From Oleiphilaceae bacterium (GTDB lineage Bacteria > Pseudomonadota > Gammaproteobacteria > Pseudomonadales > Oleiphilaceae), in assembly GCA_041590075.1 (NCBI GenBank), contig JBFHUL010000002.1:11964-75963 (forward strand): DNA of 64,000 nt, written 5' to 3'. Of the stretch, positions 29,548-39,685 are shown piece by piece. Position numbers and translations under genes: made by a program. Every line of letters starts with the position of its first letter. Within the stretch, counting starts at the first letter, position 1. The notes under the pieces were generated by a model, which was given only the letters and a program-made list of their open reading frames with translations, made no database searches and had not been told where the DNA came from.

Positions 29548-29748
29548 CTAAATACCCATAAATTCCGCAATCACCGATTTGGCGACAAAGCCAAACACGC
29601 CCAGACCCAAAACCAAAAACAACATCGCAGTCCCAAACCTGCCGGCATTGGAGCGTTTGGCCAGATCCCACACGATATACCCCATGTAAAGAATCAAGCC
29701 ACCGATTCCGATATAAAGAGAGAGCTCCTCAAACTGGGCAAGTGTCAT
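29548..29748 (-). CDS. Small two-TM membrane protein (DUF2788-like)
   Basis: 66 aa with two hydrophobic helices. The family call is from memory of similar small proteins. Confidence 0.5.
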   Translation of the reverse strand: MTLAQFEELSLYIGIGGLILYMGYIVWDLAKRSNAGRFGTAMLFLVLGLGVFGFVAKSVIAEFMGI

Positions 29749-29920
29749 TGTCTATCCTCAATGCGTGTTTAAAAAACCGGCCGGAGTGTACAGCGGTTTC
29801 CTAGAATATTCAGACTAAATTCAGTAACACCGCGCGCTGATTTTTAATCGCTGTGTCGACCTCCCGGCACTTTTTTCTATACTAATGGACCCCGTTCAGC
29901 GATTGAGGTGGATGATTATT

Positions 29921-31939
29921 ATGACGATCAAGAACAAAATCATTGCAGGCTTCGGCGTGATCACTGCAATCATTCTGGTAGTAGGGCTAATAGGGTTCTC
30001 GGGCATACGCCAGCTGTCCTCAGACCTGAATTTCATCGTTGGCCCGGCGTGGGATACGGCAGATGGCGCGATGGAAGGCACGATCGGATTACAGGCTGAA
30101 ATGCTGGCCGTCGAGAAAATCCTTCAAGGCGCCCCCCTTGAACGCGAAATGACCAAGCTTAAGGAAGGGGAAAAAACTGCCGGCGAAGCCATTGCACGCC
30201 TGCTTGAGGCTGGGCTGATGAACGATGAAGAGGTACAGGCCGTATTGCAGAGCAAGCAGGAGTACGAGAATTTACTCTGGCAACTGCTCGACGACTACAA
30301 GCGCTTTGCCACACTCAAACGTGAGTTCGATGAACATGTCGAAGCTTTCGTCGCGCTGGGCGAAGAAATGGAAGAGATCGGTGATGCTGCCATGGAAGAG
30401 TTTGAACAATCACCTGATCAGGCTTTCACCTGGAACGGTGCGATCAGGGAACGCTGGTTGGCCGCAGACGGGGGCATGGAGTCCAATATTGGTTTATTGT
30501 GGGGGCTCTACCATATCGATCGGCTCATCGACCGCAGCGAAACGCCTGAGGCTGCGAAGGCCGAAATCAATGCGGCACTTGCCTTCCAGAGAGAGGCGTC
30601 TGAAGAAATGCTGGGTACGGGCAGGTTTGACCTACCAGCGGGTCAGCAATGGAATAACCGCCGCTATGCTTCGGTCTACAGTGACTTATTGCAGACTCAT
30701 GAATCTCTGATCGCAGCCTTGGTTGATGCCACCATAGCTTATCATCAGACGCACGACCGCTACATCACCCAGGCGGAACAATTACTCACTTTACTGGGCG
30801 GGTTTGAAGCAGCGGGCGATCAAGCCGTGGAAGGTGAAATTGAACACATTCGACTGATTCAATCCAACACCGAAACCCTGACGTTTGCCGCATTAATCGC
30901 CGGACTGGTGATCGCCATAACACTGGCGGTGCTTATTTTGCGCGCGATTCTGATACCTCTGGGCAGTATTCTATCGCGTCTGCGCGACATCGCTCGCGGA
31001 GAGGGAGACCTGACACAACGCATTCACCTCAGCTCGAATGACGAGCTGGGTCGGCTCGCCAGGGAATTCAATTATTTTATTGATCACATTCACCAGCTGA
31101 TCAAGGATGTGAAGACAAAAAGGGAATCGATGGGCCACACCGTCGTTGAAATGAAAAGCCTGATGAGCGAGACACAACACACCGTACTCCGACAGCAAAA
31201 CGAAACCGACCAAATCGCAACCGCCATTACCGAAATGGCCGCCACTGCACGGGAAATCACCAATAACACACACAGCGCCGCCGACACGGCCGAACAGGCA
31301 TCCGGTGTGAGTACGCAGGCACGCGAAACGGTGGAAAGCGCCATTGAAAATATCAGCAGCTTATCCGACGAATTGAAAGACGCCGCACAGGTGGTGTCTG
31401 GCCTTGAAGAGGACGTGGGCCAGATCGTCGGCGTGCTCGATGTGATCGTGGGTATTGCAGAACAAACCAACCTATTGGCACTTAACGCCGCCATCGAAGC
31501 CGCCCGCGCGGGAGAACAGGGGCGCGGATTTGCAGTAGTGGCTGACGAAGTGCGAGGACTCGCGGGCAGAACGCAGCAAAGCACCGAAGAGATTCAGCAG
31601 ATGATCGAGCGGCTGAAAACCAGCTCCAGAAAAGCCGTAGATGTGATGCATCGCAGCAACCAGAAAAGTGATGCCACGGTCAAACAAAGTACTGAGGTTT
31701 CGCAGGCATTGCAGCACATCTTGAACAGCGTGAAAGATATTAACGATGCGACGCAAATGATTGCAGCAGCCTCTGAGCAACAGGCCGCAACCAGTGATGA
31801 AATGAATAATAATGTACTGCGAATTGTAGATAGCGCGCAACGCGTTACCGACAGCATGCACAAAACAGGAGAACATTGCGAACAGACGCTGCGCAACAGC
31901 GAAGAACTGGGCGAACTCGTGCGTCGCTTTAAAGTTTAG
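29921..31939 (+). CDS. Methyl-accepting chemotaxis protein
   Basis: TM helix, about 300-aa periplasmic helical domain, second TM helix, HAMP, then a highly conserved signalling hairpin ([34 protein letters not shown]). Alternative in-frame starts at 29912 and 29885. Confidence 0.9.
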   Translation: MTIKNKIIAGFGVITAIILVVGLIGFSGIRQLSSDLNFIVGPAWDTADGAMEGTIGLQAEMLAVEKILQGAPLEREMTKLKEGEKTAGEAIARLLEAGLMNDEEVQAVLQSKQEYENLLWQLLDDYKRFATLKREFDEHVEAFVALGEEMEEIGDAAMEEFEQSPDQAFTWNGAIRERWLAADGGMESNIGLLWGLYHIDRLIDRSETPEAAKAEINAALAFQREASEEMLGTGRFDLPAGQQWNNRRYASVYSDLLQTHESLIAALVDATIAYHQTHDRYITQAEQLLTLLGGFEAAGDQAVEGEIEHIRLIQSNTETLTFAALIAGLVIAITLAVLILRAILIPLGSILSRLRDIARGEGDLTQRIHLSSNDELGRLAREFNYFIDHIHQLIKDVKTKRESMGHTVVEMKSLMSETQHTVLRQQNETDQIATAITEMAATAREITNNTHSAADTAEQASGVSTQARETVESAIENISSLSDELKDAAQVVSGLEEDVGQIVGVLDVIVGIAEQTNLLALNAAIEAARAGEQGRGFAVVADEVRGLAGRTQQSTEEIQQMIERLKTSSRKAVDVMHRSNQKSDATVKQSTEVSQALQHILNSVKDINDATQMIAAASEQQAATSDEMNNNVLRIVDSAQRVTDSMHKTGEHCEQTLRNSEELGELVRRFKV

Positions 31940-32706
31940 TTTGCGCCGCGATAATATCGTCTCACAAGATCTTGCGGATTGGCGCCCAGAGCATAAGCCG
32001 CTCTGAGGCGCCACATCAGAAAAATCGTACGCCACACCCCCTCTTCGCGCCATTTGCGAGCCGAAGTCATCATCGCAGGGTATTTAATGCGATGGGGAAA
32101 CTCGCGACGACGCAAGCGCTTACTCAGTTCAACATCTTCCATGAGAGGCTGGTCGGGATAACCGCCAATTTGTTCGAACACAGCACGCTTTACAAAGATG
32201 GTCTGATCGCCGGTGGCGATTCCGGTAAAGCCTGAACGCCAATTGATCATACGCCCGATCAACTTAAAAATAGCGCGTTCATCATCCAGGCGCACATCAA
32301 AACGCCCCCAGCAAATCTCGGATGCCAACCCTTCCAGCGCCTTGGCAAATTCCGGTGGAATGCTCGAATCGGCATGCAGAAAAACCAGATAATCACCCTT
32401 GGCATGAGCCGCGCCAACATTCATTTGCCGCGCACGCCCGCGCTCAGATTCGAGCAAGCTCAACGAGCAGGTGGGGTGTTTTTCTTGAAATTCATGCACT
32501 AAGGCGCTCGTTGCATCCTGCGATCCGCCGTCTACCACGACCATCTCGTATTGGGAGCTCACCTGCGCATGCAGGGCGCGTAACAAAGAAATGATCGTTT
32601 GCGCCTCATTCAATACCGGTACAATCACCGAAAAACGCGGTTTATTCGTCAAGCGCGCCACCACAACTGCTGCCCTGCCCCGCTGTACAGCCCCAGCAAT
32701 GCTCAC
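31936..32706 (-). CDS. Family-2 glycosyltransferase of the rSAM/selenodomain-associated type
   Basis: [10 protein letters not shown]..., VVDGGSQD and D-x-D-like HAD motifs. Track start 32706 is GTG and would overlap the upstream rSAM gene by 65 nt; GTG 32661 or TTG 32652 are alternative starts. Confidence 0.75.
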   Translation of the reverse strand: MSIAGAVQRGRAAVVVARLTNKPRFSVIVPVLNEAQTIISLLRALHAQVSSQYEMVVVDGGSQDATSALVHEFQEKHPTCSLSLLESERGRARQMNVGAAHAKGDYLVFLHADSSIPPEFAKALEGLASEICWGRFDVRLDDERAIFKLIGRMINWRSGFTGIATGDQTIFVKRAVFEQIGGYPDQPLMEDVELSKRLRRREFPHRIKYPAMMTSARKWREEGVWRTIFLMWRLRAAYALGANPQDLVRRYYRGAN

Positions 32707-33634
32707 CGATATTAATGGCGCGCCCTTCCAGCGCCTCGTCCAACAATTCGGATAAATGCACCCGCGGATGATCGGTCGCTATCATATTGCCGGCGTGTCC
32801 GTTGTGGTGCATCGGAAGATTCAACATCTGATTAAAATCGCAATCGTATACATAGCCCTGCCAATCAATACTGAGCAAGGAGCGGCACATCACTTGTTTG
32901 AGATTCTCCGCACTGTACGACGACTTCAGCAGCTGCATGTAATCTTCAAACTGGCCCTTCGAAAGGAGTACGCTGCCAAAGCGGCTAATGGGCATATTCG
33001 TGATCGCATACAAATGATCGAAGTGTATATCGAAGTGAGCCGCCAGTTCCCGCTTGTAATCCTCTTCCAGTTTTTCCTGAGGAGGCGGCAAGAATGGCCC
33101 TCCGGGGTTATAAACAAGGCTGAGTTGCAGATGATCTTTGCCATAGCCATAGCCGAGCGCATTCAAGCGCTGCAATGCCTGAATGCTGCCATCAAACACG
33201 CCTTTGCCACGTTGAGCGTCCACGTTATCCTGGGTATAACAGGGTAACGACGCGACCACTTCCACCTCTTCACTGGCCAGAAATTCAGCCATATCTTCAT
33301 AGCCGGGTTCCAGCAAAATGGTCAGATTACAACGATCCATCACGTGCACGCCCCGCTGCCGTGCAGCCCGAACCAAAGTCTTGAACCAAGGATTCATTTC
33401 GGGCGCCCCTCCGGTCAGATCCAAGGCCTGAATGTCATGAAGGTCGATAAAATCCAGCACCAGCGCGAGCGTTTCTTCGGTTAACTGTTCGGTGCGGTTT
33501 GGTCCGGCATTTACATGGCAGTGAGTACAACTCAGATTACAGCGATAACCCATATTCAGCTGCAAGGTTTCGAGCTTGCCCCGCTTAATGGGAGGGAAGC
33601 TCGTATCAAGTAGATAAGGGCGGGTGTCTAACAT
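32642..33634 (-). CDS. Radical SAM / Cys-rich-domain protein, ArsS-like (Cys form of a family that is often a selenoprotein)
   Basis: CNLSCTHC radical-SAM cluster motif near the N-terminus. C-terminal [14 protein letters not shown], where some homologs carry Sec in the SS-U-GG position. Confidence 0.8.
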   Translation of the reverse strand: MLDTRPYLLDTSFPPIKRGKLETLQLNMGYRCNLSCTHCHVNAGPNRTEQLTEETLALVLDFIDLHDIQALDLTGGAPEMNPWFKTLVRAARQRGVHVMDRCNLTILLEPGYEDMAEFLASEEVEVVASLPCYTQDNVDAQRGKGVFDGSIQALQRLNALGYGYGKDHLQLSLVYNPGGPFLPPPQEKLEEDYKRELAAHFDIHFDHLYAITNMPISRFGSVLLSKGQFEDYMQLLKSSYSAENLKQVMCRSLLSIDWQGYVYDCDFNQMLNLPMHHNGHAGNMIATDHPRVHLSELLDEALEGRAINIGEHCWGCTAGQGSSCGGALDE

Positions 33635-33785
33635 CCAGTTTCCTTGTTAATGGGGTTTGAGAACTCATAGGACCGTGAAGGCCTGAAAACGTTCCTGCCT
33701 ATCGGCATTCGTGTCGTGCGGTTTGAACAATACTGGACTATATTCATTCTTACTCGCGTCTGCCGCAACTGTGAAGGTACCCCAA

Positions 33786-34565
33786 GTGAAAAGAATACGC
33801 TTGAATGCGTGCATAGGCGTATTGCTCACCTTGTGTGGCGCACACGGCGCACTCAATGCGCAAGAAGCTACGCTGAACTACCTCATTATCAGTGAATTAT
33901 CGGCGCCGTTTCAGCTGGTTGACGACAACATCAGCACCGGCGGCATTGTAACGGACATCGTGGAGGAACTCGCTCAGCGCGCAGAACACACCCTCACTTA
34001 CACCGTAGGCTCAACCGAGCGCATTGAAACCATTATCAAGTATGGCCAAAAGCAGCCATGGATTGCCTACACCGCCAAGGTTTGGCCAGACCTGAGTGAA
34101 CACTACACCTATCTGGAAGTTCCGCTGTTCGAGGTGACGCACAGCATGCTCACTTGTGACCCCAACATACAGGCGGTGAACAGCACCGGTGTGCTGCGAG
34201 GCAAACGTCTGGCAATCCTGAAGAGTTTCGATTACCCCGAAATAACCCCCCTTGCCAATCGCGGGGAGCTGAGTCTCACCGACATTCGCAGCTACGAGCA
34301 GGGATTTGATCTCGTGAAATTTCAACGTGTACATGGCTTTGTTGAAATGGATATTCGCCTTAAATATAACCTTGGCAGATACGACGGACACGAAGACTGC
34401 ATGCACCTTGCCGATTTACGCAAGGTCATTGCGCCCTATTCGATTTATCTTGCAGTAAGCCGGGATCTTACCTTGGATGCTACCAGGGCTCTGGAACGCA
34501 CGCTGGAGGCGATGGTTAACGATACATTCATCCGCAATGTGGTCAACCGCTACACCCGGTACTGA
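33786..34565 (+). CDS. Orphan periplasmic substrate-binding protein (family-3 SBP-like), paralog 1
   Basis: Signal peptide (VKRIRLNACIGVLLTLCGAHGALNA). Clear paralogy with the next gene (NYLII..SAPFQLV....GGIVTDIVEE). Start chosen at GTG 33786 behind a GAAGG Shine-Dalgarno-like sequence. Confidence 0.6.
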   Translation: MKRIRLNACIGVLLTLCGAHGALNAQEATLNYLIISELSAPFQLVDDNISTGGIVTDIVEELAQRAEHTLTYTVGSTERIETIIKYGQKQPWIAYTAKVWPDLSEHYTYLEVPLFEVTHSMLTCDPNIQAVNSTGVLRGKRLAILKSFDYPEITPLANRGELSLTDIRSYEQGFDLVKFQRVHGFVEMDIRLKYNLGRYDGHEDCMHLADLRKVIAPYSIYLAVSRDLTLDATRALERTLEAMVNDTFIRNVVNRYTRY

Positions 34566-34658
34566 ATCTGCCACAATGCAGTGTACGCACCAGACGCTTT
34601 CCGTTATATTACCGCCACCGTTGACCGATCTAATTGAATAGAACACATCCAAAGCGTT

Positions 34659-35435
34659 ATGGAAAAAACGGCCCTCATCATCACCCTTCTTGCTGCACTA
34701 TTGCCGGCAAAGATGGCGCTGGCGCAATCAAATGAGCTCAACTATCTCATTGTTAACAAGCGCAGCGCGCCCTTTCAACTGGTCGAGCAGCAACGCTCCA
34801 ACGGCGGCGTGATCACTCGCATTATCGAAGAGGCGGTGGTAGGCACGGGCAAACACTTAAAGTACATCATCAGTACCCCCAAGCGAAATAAGCTGATGAA
34901 GAAAAGCCTGACCACCCCCTGGATCACCTATTCGGCTAAGGTTTGGCAGCCCGATCTTTCGCACGCACGCTTCATAGACATACCGCTATTCGATGTTCGG
35001 CACAGCCTGCTCACCTGCGATGCCGGCTTAAAACGCGTTGACAGCGGCCAAGGCCTACACCACCGCACACTGGCAATACTAAAAAATTTCGACTACCCGG
35101 AACTGCAGGGCCTCGCCGAGCGTAATCTGTTAACCTTGGTGGAGGTCAATAGCTACGACCAAGGGTTTATGCTCGCTCAACATCAACGCGTCGATGGTTT
35201 TGTAGAAATGTCCATGCGCCTGCAATATCACTTGGATGCGCACACCGATACCGCAGCGCAGTGTTTCCGACTCGTGGACTTGAGCAGTTTGATCCCCCCC
35301 TTCCCTATTTACCTGATCGTGAGCGATAAACTTGAGGACCAACACTTCGACACCTTGAACAGCTCACTGCGAAAAATGAAGCAATCCGGCCGCATCGCCG
35401 AACTGCTCGAAGAATACTTGCGCCCCGACATATAA
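34659..35435 (+). CDS. Orphan periplasmic substrate-binding protein (family-3 SBP-like), paralog 2
   Basis: Signal peptide ending ALAQS. Collinear similarity to 33786-34565 along the whole length (LTCD, ILK.FDYPE, VHGFVEM / VDGFVEM). Confidence 0.6.
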   Translation: MEKTALIITLLAALLPAKMALAQSNELNYLIVNKRSAPFQLVEQQRSNGGVITRIIEEAVVGTGKHLKYIISTPKRNKLMKKSLTTPWITYSAKVWQPDLSHARFIDIPLFDVRHSLLTCDAGLKRVDSGQGLHHRTLAILKNFDYPELQGLAERNLLTLVEVNSYDQGFMLAQHQRVDGFVEMSMRLQYHLDAHTDTAAQCFRLVDLSSLIPPFPIYLIVSDKLEDQHFDTLNSSLRKMKQSGRIAELLEEYLRPDI

Positions 35436-35494
35436 GCCCTTACGATTTGCCGAAAATTGATCCTACTTATCCTTGGCCAAATTGAGACAGCGCT

Positions 35495-36112
35495 ATGCAA
35501 TCCCTGCTTGCCGACCTGACCCGGCTCATCCACTGGATACACGCTCAGGGCTGGAGCCCGGCAACCAGTACCAATTACTCCTGCCGTGATGTGCGCACCA
35601 ACACCCTTCATGTCTCGCGTTCCGGCATCGATAAGGCCCTGTTTCAAGACAGCGATTTTATTCCCATGTCCATTGAGGGTGAGCACCACAAGGGCTATGA
35701 AGACATCAAACCATCGGCCGAGACCGACATCCATCTCATGCTTTACAAAACGCTCGATTGCGCAGTGGTGCTGCATACGCACTCACCGGCCGACACCCTG
35801 CTGAGCCGCTACTTTTCTGACAAGGGTCTCATCACTCTCACAGGCTACGAGTTGCTCAAAGGCTTGCGCGATCTCGACAGCCACGAATGCGAAACGCAGG
35901 TGCCGATCTTCGACAACGACCAAGACATTGCACGACTTTCAACTAAAATGAACGACTGGTTACAGCAACATCCCTCGTGCCAGGGATTGCTCATTGAGCG
36001 TCATGGGTTTTACTGCTGGGGGCGTCACCTGGCCGAAGCCAAGCGCCATCTGGAAGTCTTTCAGTTTCTGTTCCAGCAGGAACTTGAATGGCTGAAACTT
36101 CAGCAACACTAA
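35495..36112 (+). CDS. mtnB: Methylthioribulose-1-phosphate dehydratase
   Basis: Class II aldolase/adducin fold motifs (TSTNYS.R, SG.DK, VLHTHS). First gene of the mtnB-D-C cluster. Confidence 0.85.
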   Translation: MQSLLADLTRLIHWIHAQGWSPATSTNYSCRDVRTNTLHVSRSGIDKALFQDSDFIPMSIEGEHHKGYEDIKPSAETDIHLMLYKTLDCAVVLHTHSPADTLLSRYFSDKGLITLTGYELLKGLRDLDSHECETQVPIFDNDQDIARLSTKMNDWLQQHPSCQGLLIERHGFYCWGRHLAEAKRHLEVFQFLFQQELEWLKLQQH

Positions 36113-36145
36113 CCCTGCATCCGTTAATTGCACTACGAGGCAAGC

Positions 36146-36685
36146 ATGGCAATTCTTGAAATTCCTGACCAACAACGCACCATAACGCAACCACAGGCGA
36201 TCAAACAGTTTCTCGCTAACGTCGGCGTACTGTTCGATCAATGGGAAGCGAGCAAACCACTGTCGCTCACAGCCGATCAGGACGAAGTGCTCGAAGCCTA
36301 CGCCGATACGCTCATGCCCTATATGAAAAAGTATGGCTATGAAGTGGCCGATGTGATCAACATTCATCCCGGCATTGATAACTACCCGGCCATCCGCGCC
36401 AAGTTTCTTGCCGAGCATACGCACAGCGAAGACGAAGTACGCTTTTTCGTGGCCGGCCAGGGGCTATTCTGGTTCAACATCGATGGCCATCCCGTGTTTA
36501 ATGTCTTGTGCCAGCAGGGAGATCTGATTTCAGTTCCCAAAAACACCAAGCACTGGTTCGACGCCGGAGAACACCAACCTAATGTGAAAGCCATTCGTAT
36601 TTTTATTGATCCCGCAGGATGGGTGCCGCATTACACCGGTTCAGGCATTGATCAGAAATTTTTAACAGGAAACCCTGCATCGTGA
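36146..36685 (+). CDS. mtnD: Acireductone dioxygenase (ARD)
   Basis: Cupin motifs EHTHSEDEVRFF and PKNTKHWF. ATG 36146 lies behind GAGG (the track start at 36128 is TTG). Confidence 0.9.
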   Translation: MAILEIPDQQRTITQPQAIKQFLANVGVLFDQWEASKPLSLTADQDEVLEAYADTLMPYMKKYGYEVADVINIHPGIDNYPAIRAKFLAEHTHSEDEVRFFVAGQGLFWFNIDGHPVFNVLCQQGDLISVPKNTKHWFDAGEHQPNVKAIRIFIDPAGWVPHYTGSGIDQKFLTGNPAS

Positions 36686-37350
36686 GCACGCGCTGCATAC
36701 TCACTGATATCGAGGGTACTACCACCTCGGTGAGCTTTGTCTACGACACGCTGTTCCCCTATTTCGTCAATCATATCGATCGATTACTCGCCCTGCGCGA
36801 TGAACCTGAAGTCGCAACCACGTTTCAAGCCATTCGCGCGCAGGAGGGCCTGGCCAACGACCACGAAGTGCTGAATACCCTGAAGCGCTGGGTTCACGAA
36901 GACAAAAAAGACACCCACTTGAAACGCTTGCAGGGCATTATCTGGAAAAACGCTTACCAAAGCGGTGCCATCAAAGGCCATGTATATCCCGATGTTGCCC
37001 CCAAACTTCAACATTGGCACGACCAGGGCATGGTGCTCGCGGTCTATTCATCGGGCTCAGTATCGGCACAGAAGCTGCTGTTCGGGCATTCGATAGAGGG
37101 CGACCTCACTGTTCTGTTCAGCCATTATTTCGACACACAGATTGGCCACAAGCGCGAGCCCGAAGCCTATCGCGCAATCTGCACACACCTCAATTTGCCT
37201 GCGAGCGATATACTGTTTTTGTCCGACGTTTGTGCAGAACTTGATGCAGCAGCCGTTTGCGGTATGCAAACCCTGCAATTAGTCAGGCCCGGTACAGAGC
37301 CCGGCAAGCATCATCCCACAGTGAGCAGTTTCGACGACATCGAAATTTAA
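36682..37350 (+). CDS. mtnC: Enolase-phosphatase E1 (acireductone synthase), HAD superfamily
   Basis: N-terminal ILTDIEGTTTS HAD motif I and a later YSSGS motif. Its GTG start overlaps the mtnD stop by 4 nt. Confidence 0.88.
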   Translation: MSTRCILTDIEGTTTSVSFVYDTLFPYFVNHIDRLLALRDEPEVATTFQAIRAQEGLANDHEVLNTLKRWVHEDKKDTHLKRLQGIIWKNAYQSGAIKGHVYPDVAPKLQHWHDQGMVLAVYSSGSVSAQKLLFGHSIEGDLTVLFSHYFDTQIGHKREPEAYRAICTHLNLPASDILFLSDVCAELDAAAVCGMQTLQLVRPGTEPGKHHPTVSSFDDIEI

Positions 37351-37382
37351 GCGCTCTCGTAAACTAGCCCAAGGAGTCCATA

Positions 37383-38297
37383 ATGAAGTTCGATAACATC
37401 TTACAGACGATCGGCAATACCCCGCATGTGCGCATCAACAGGCTGTTTCGCAACGACCTGGAAGTATGGATGAAAGTTGAGCGCTTTAACCCGGGGGGCA
37501 GTATCAAAGACCGCATTGGCCTCGCCATGATCGAAGATGCCGAGAAAAGCGGAAAGCTCACCCCGGATACGGTCATTATCGAGCCGACCTCCGGTAATAC
37601 TGGTATTGCTCTGGCACAGGTAGCCGCAGTAAAAGGCTACCGTTTGATTCTCACCATGCCGGAATCCATGTCGGTCGAACGACGCAAGTATATGAAAGCC
37701 CTTGGTGCTGAACTGGTGCTCACGCCCAAAGAAAAAGGCATGGGCGGCGCAATCGAAAAAGCCAAGGAGCTATTGAGCGAACACGCCTCCAGCTGGATGC
37801 CGCAACAGTTTGAAAACACCGCGAATGTTACCGTACATAAAGAAACGACCGCACAGGAGATTCTGGCGGACTTTCCGGAAGGCCTCGACTATATGATCAC
37901 CGGAGTGGGTACCGGTGGACACATTACCGGCTGTGCCGAAGTACTGAGTGCGGAATTTCCTCAACTGCAAACCTTTGCCGTTGAGCCCGAAAAATCCCCG
38001 GTGATCAGCGGGGGCGAGAAAGGATTGCATCGCTTGCAAGGCATTGGTGCCGGCTTTATTCCCGCCATACTCAATACCGACATCCTCACCGGCACCATAC
38101 AAGTAAGCGAACACGCTTCCTTTGACATGGCGCGCGCCTGTGCACGCGAGGAAGGCATCTTTATTGGCATCTCCTCGGGCGCCTCTCTTGCAGCACTGAA
38201 GAAAAAAGAAGCCGATATACCGGCCGGCAGTCGCATCCTGATATTCAGTTACGATACCGGCGAGCGTTATCTTTCAATTGAAGATCTATTCATCTAG
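37383..38297 (+). CDS. cysK: Cysteine synthase A (O-acetylserine sulfhydrylase)
   Basis: PLP-lysine motif [19 protein letters not shown] and GTGGHITG. Confidence 0.93.
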   Translation: MKFDNILQTIGNTPHVRINRLFRNDLEVWMKVERFNPGGSIKDRIGLAMIEDAEKSGKLTPDTVIIEPTSGNTGIALAQVAAVKGYRLILTMPESMSVERRKYMKALGAELVLTPKEKGMGGAIEKAKELLSEHASSWMPQQFENTANVTVHKETTAQEILADFPEGLDYMITGVGTGGHITGCAEVLSAEFPQLQTFAVEPEKSPVISGGEKGLHRLQGIGAGFIPAILNTDILTGTIQVSEHASFDMARACAREEGIFIGISSGASLAALKKKEADIPAGSRILIFSYDTGERYLSIEDLFI

Positions 38298-38316
38298 CCG
38301 CTCATCAAGTGAATGT

Positions 38317-38334
38317 GCCGGGTCTAGACCCGGC
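38317..38334 (+). terminator. Hairpin downstream of cysK (probable terminator, weak U-tract)
   Basis: Perfect palindrome GCCGGGTCTAGACCCGGC followed by TTGTTC. Confidence 0.5.
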
Positions 38335-38458
38335 TTGTTCAACCAAGCCATCGGGCGTTTTCGGTGCCCTTCTCCCAGATGATCCAATGCCAGCCCTGTT
38401 AGTGAATGGCCTGTTACTTCGTAAGCCAAACCAATACCGTTAAGTCTCTTGCCCGCAA

Positions 38459-39529
38459 CTAGGCGCCAAACTCACCAGCGCCCGCCTTGCGAAAGGCTGA
38501 AGGCGTGCACCCCAGCCAGCGGCGAAACACTCGGGAAAAATTTGAGGTATCGGCGAAGCCGAGGCTTTCGGCGATTTGCTCGATACTTTGTTTGCTGTTG
38601 TGTAAGCGCCAGCAGGCCAGTTCTTTTCGTACTTCGTCGAGTAGCATTTGGTAGGAACTGTGCTCCTGCTTGAGCTTTCGGATAAGGGTGCGCGGTGAAA
38701 GGTTGAGTTTTGCGGCCATTGTTTCGAGTGTGGGATAGTCGGCTTCTACCTGAAATAAATGCCGTTTTATCTGCTCCGAAAGTTCTCCGCCTTCATCTCG
38801 TCGTGCCAATAACTGCTCACATTCGCGCACGGCATTGCGGTAGGCAAATTCGTCTGCCGTCAGGCAATGTAAGTCCAGTAGTGCTGCAGGCATATCGATA
38901 GTGAACGCCGTCGCTTCGAAGGTAATTGCCACGCCGGGAAAGCGTTCTGCATAAAGCTGCACCCAGGGCGGTTTTGCGAAGGGAAAGTGTACGCCGATGT
39001 CGGTAGTCATCGTGCCTGATGTTTTAGCGAGCATGTCCTGAAACGAGCCCAGCAACATCACGTAGATAAATTCGCGCAGCTCGCCGGGGTCCAGTAATTC
39101 ACGCAGAGTGAAAAGCGCCCTGCCCTCGGTTTCTTCCAGCTTGAACTTGTAGAAGCGAATGCGAGTCGCCATCGTATGTTCTACCAGTTTGAAAGCCTGG
39201 CGCACGGTATGTGCCGCCACGGCCCCATAGCCCATCGGGCCATGAGCAGAGACCTGAATCAGGGTGGAAATTTCGAGCCCCAGCCACGGGCATTGCGTCA
39301 GTGTCATGGCATTACGACACAGAAGGCGGAACTGCTCGAAGTTGATAAAGCGCTGTGTCTCCAGTAATCCTTTCCAGGTAAGGCTGTTACCTCGAAACAG
39401 CGCATCCATATCGATGCCCTTGTTCTTTAGATGCGCACACAACAAGCGTGCATAAGCTGGATGCAAAGAAGGCGATAACCAACCTACACGCTCTCCAGCC
39501 GGGTCATCATGTAGCGTCATTCTAGCCAT
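38459..39529 (-). CDS. AraC-family transcriptional regulator (AlkR/OruR-like)
   Basis: C-terminal double HTH (IEQIAESLGFADTSNFSRVFRRWLGCTPSAFR). Divergent from alkB. Confidence 0.85.
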   Translation of the reverse strand: MARMTLHDDPAGERVGWLSPSLHPAYARLLCAHLKNKGIDMDALFRGNSLTWKGLLETQRFINFEQFRLLCRNAMTLTQCPWLGLEISTLIQVSAHGPMGYGAVAAHTVRQAFKLVEHTMATRIRFYKFKLEETEGRALFTLRELLDPGELREFIYVMLLGSFQDMLAKTSGTMTTDIGVHFPFAKPPWVQLYAERFPGVAITFEATAFTIDMPAALLDLHCLTADEFAYRNAVRECEQLLARRDEGGELSEQIKRHLFQVEADYPTLETMAAKLNLSPRTLIRKLKQEHSSYQMLLDEVRKELACWRLHNSKQSIEQIAESLGFADTSNFSRVFRRWLGCTPSAFRKAGAGEFGA

Positions 39530-39564
39530 GACTTACAGCCCATTCCGTCATTCACCCCGTGGAT

Positions 39565-39594
39565 AATGGCACAATTTGACGATTCATTGCCATT
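39565..39594. promoter_or_regulatory. 7-bp inverted repeat AATGGCA-N16-TGCCATT in the araC/alkB divergent region (candidate regulator site)
   Basis: Read directly; located about 90-120 bp upstream of the alkB ATG. Confidence 0.3.
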
Positions 39595-39685
39595 TTAGGC
39601 GGTGTTTTTTGCCTCCGCATGGGCGTTTAATAAACCTCAGCGACACACGCATGACGTATAACAACAAATCTGAGAGGAGCACGCT

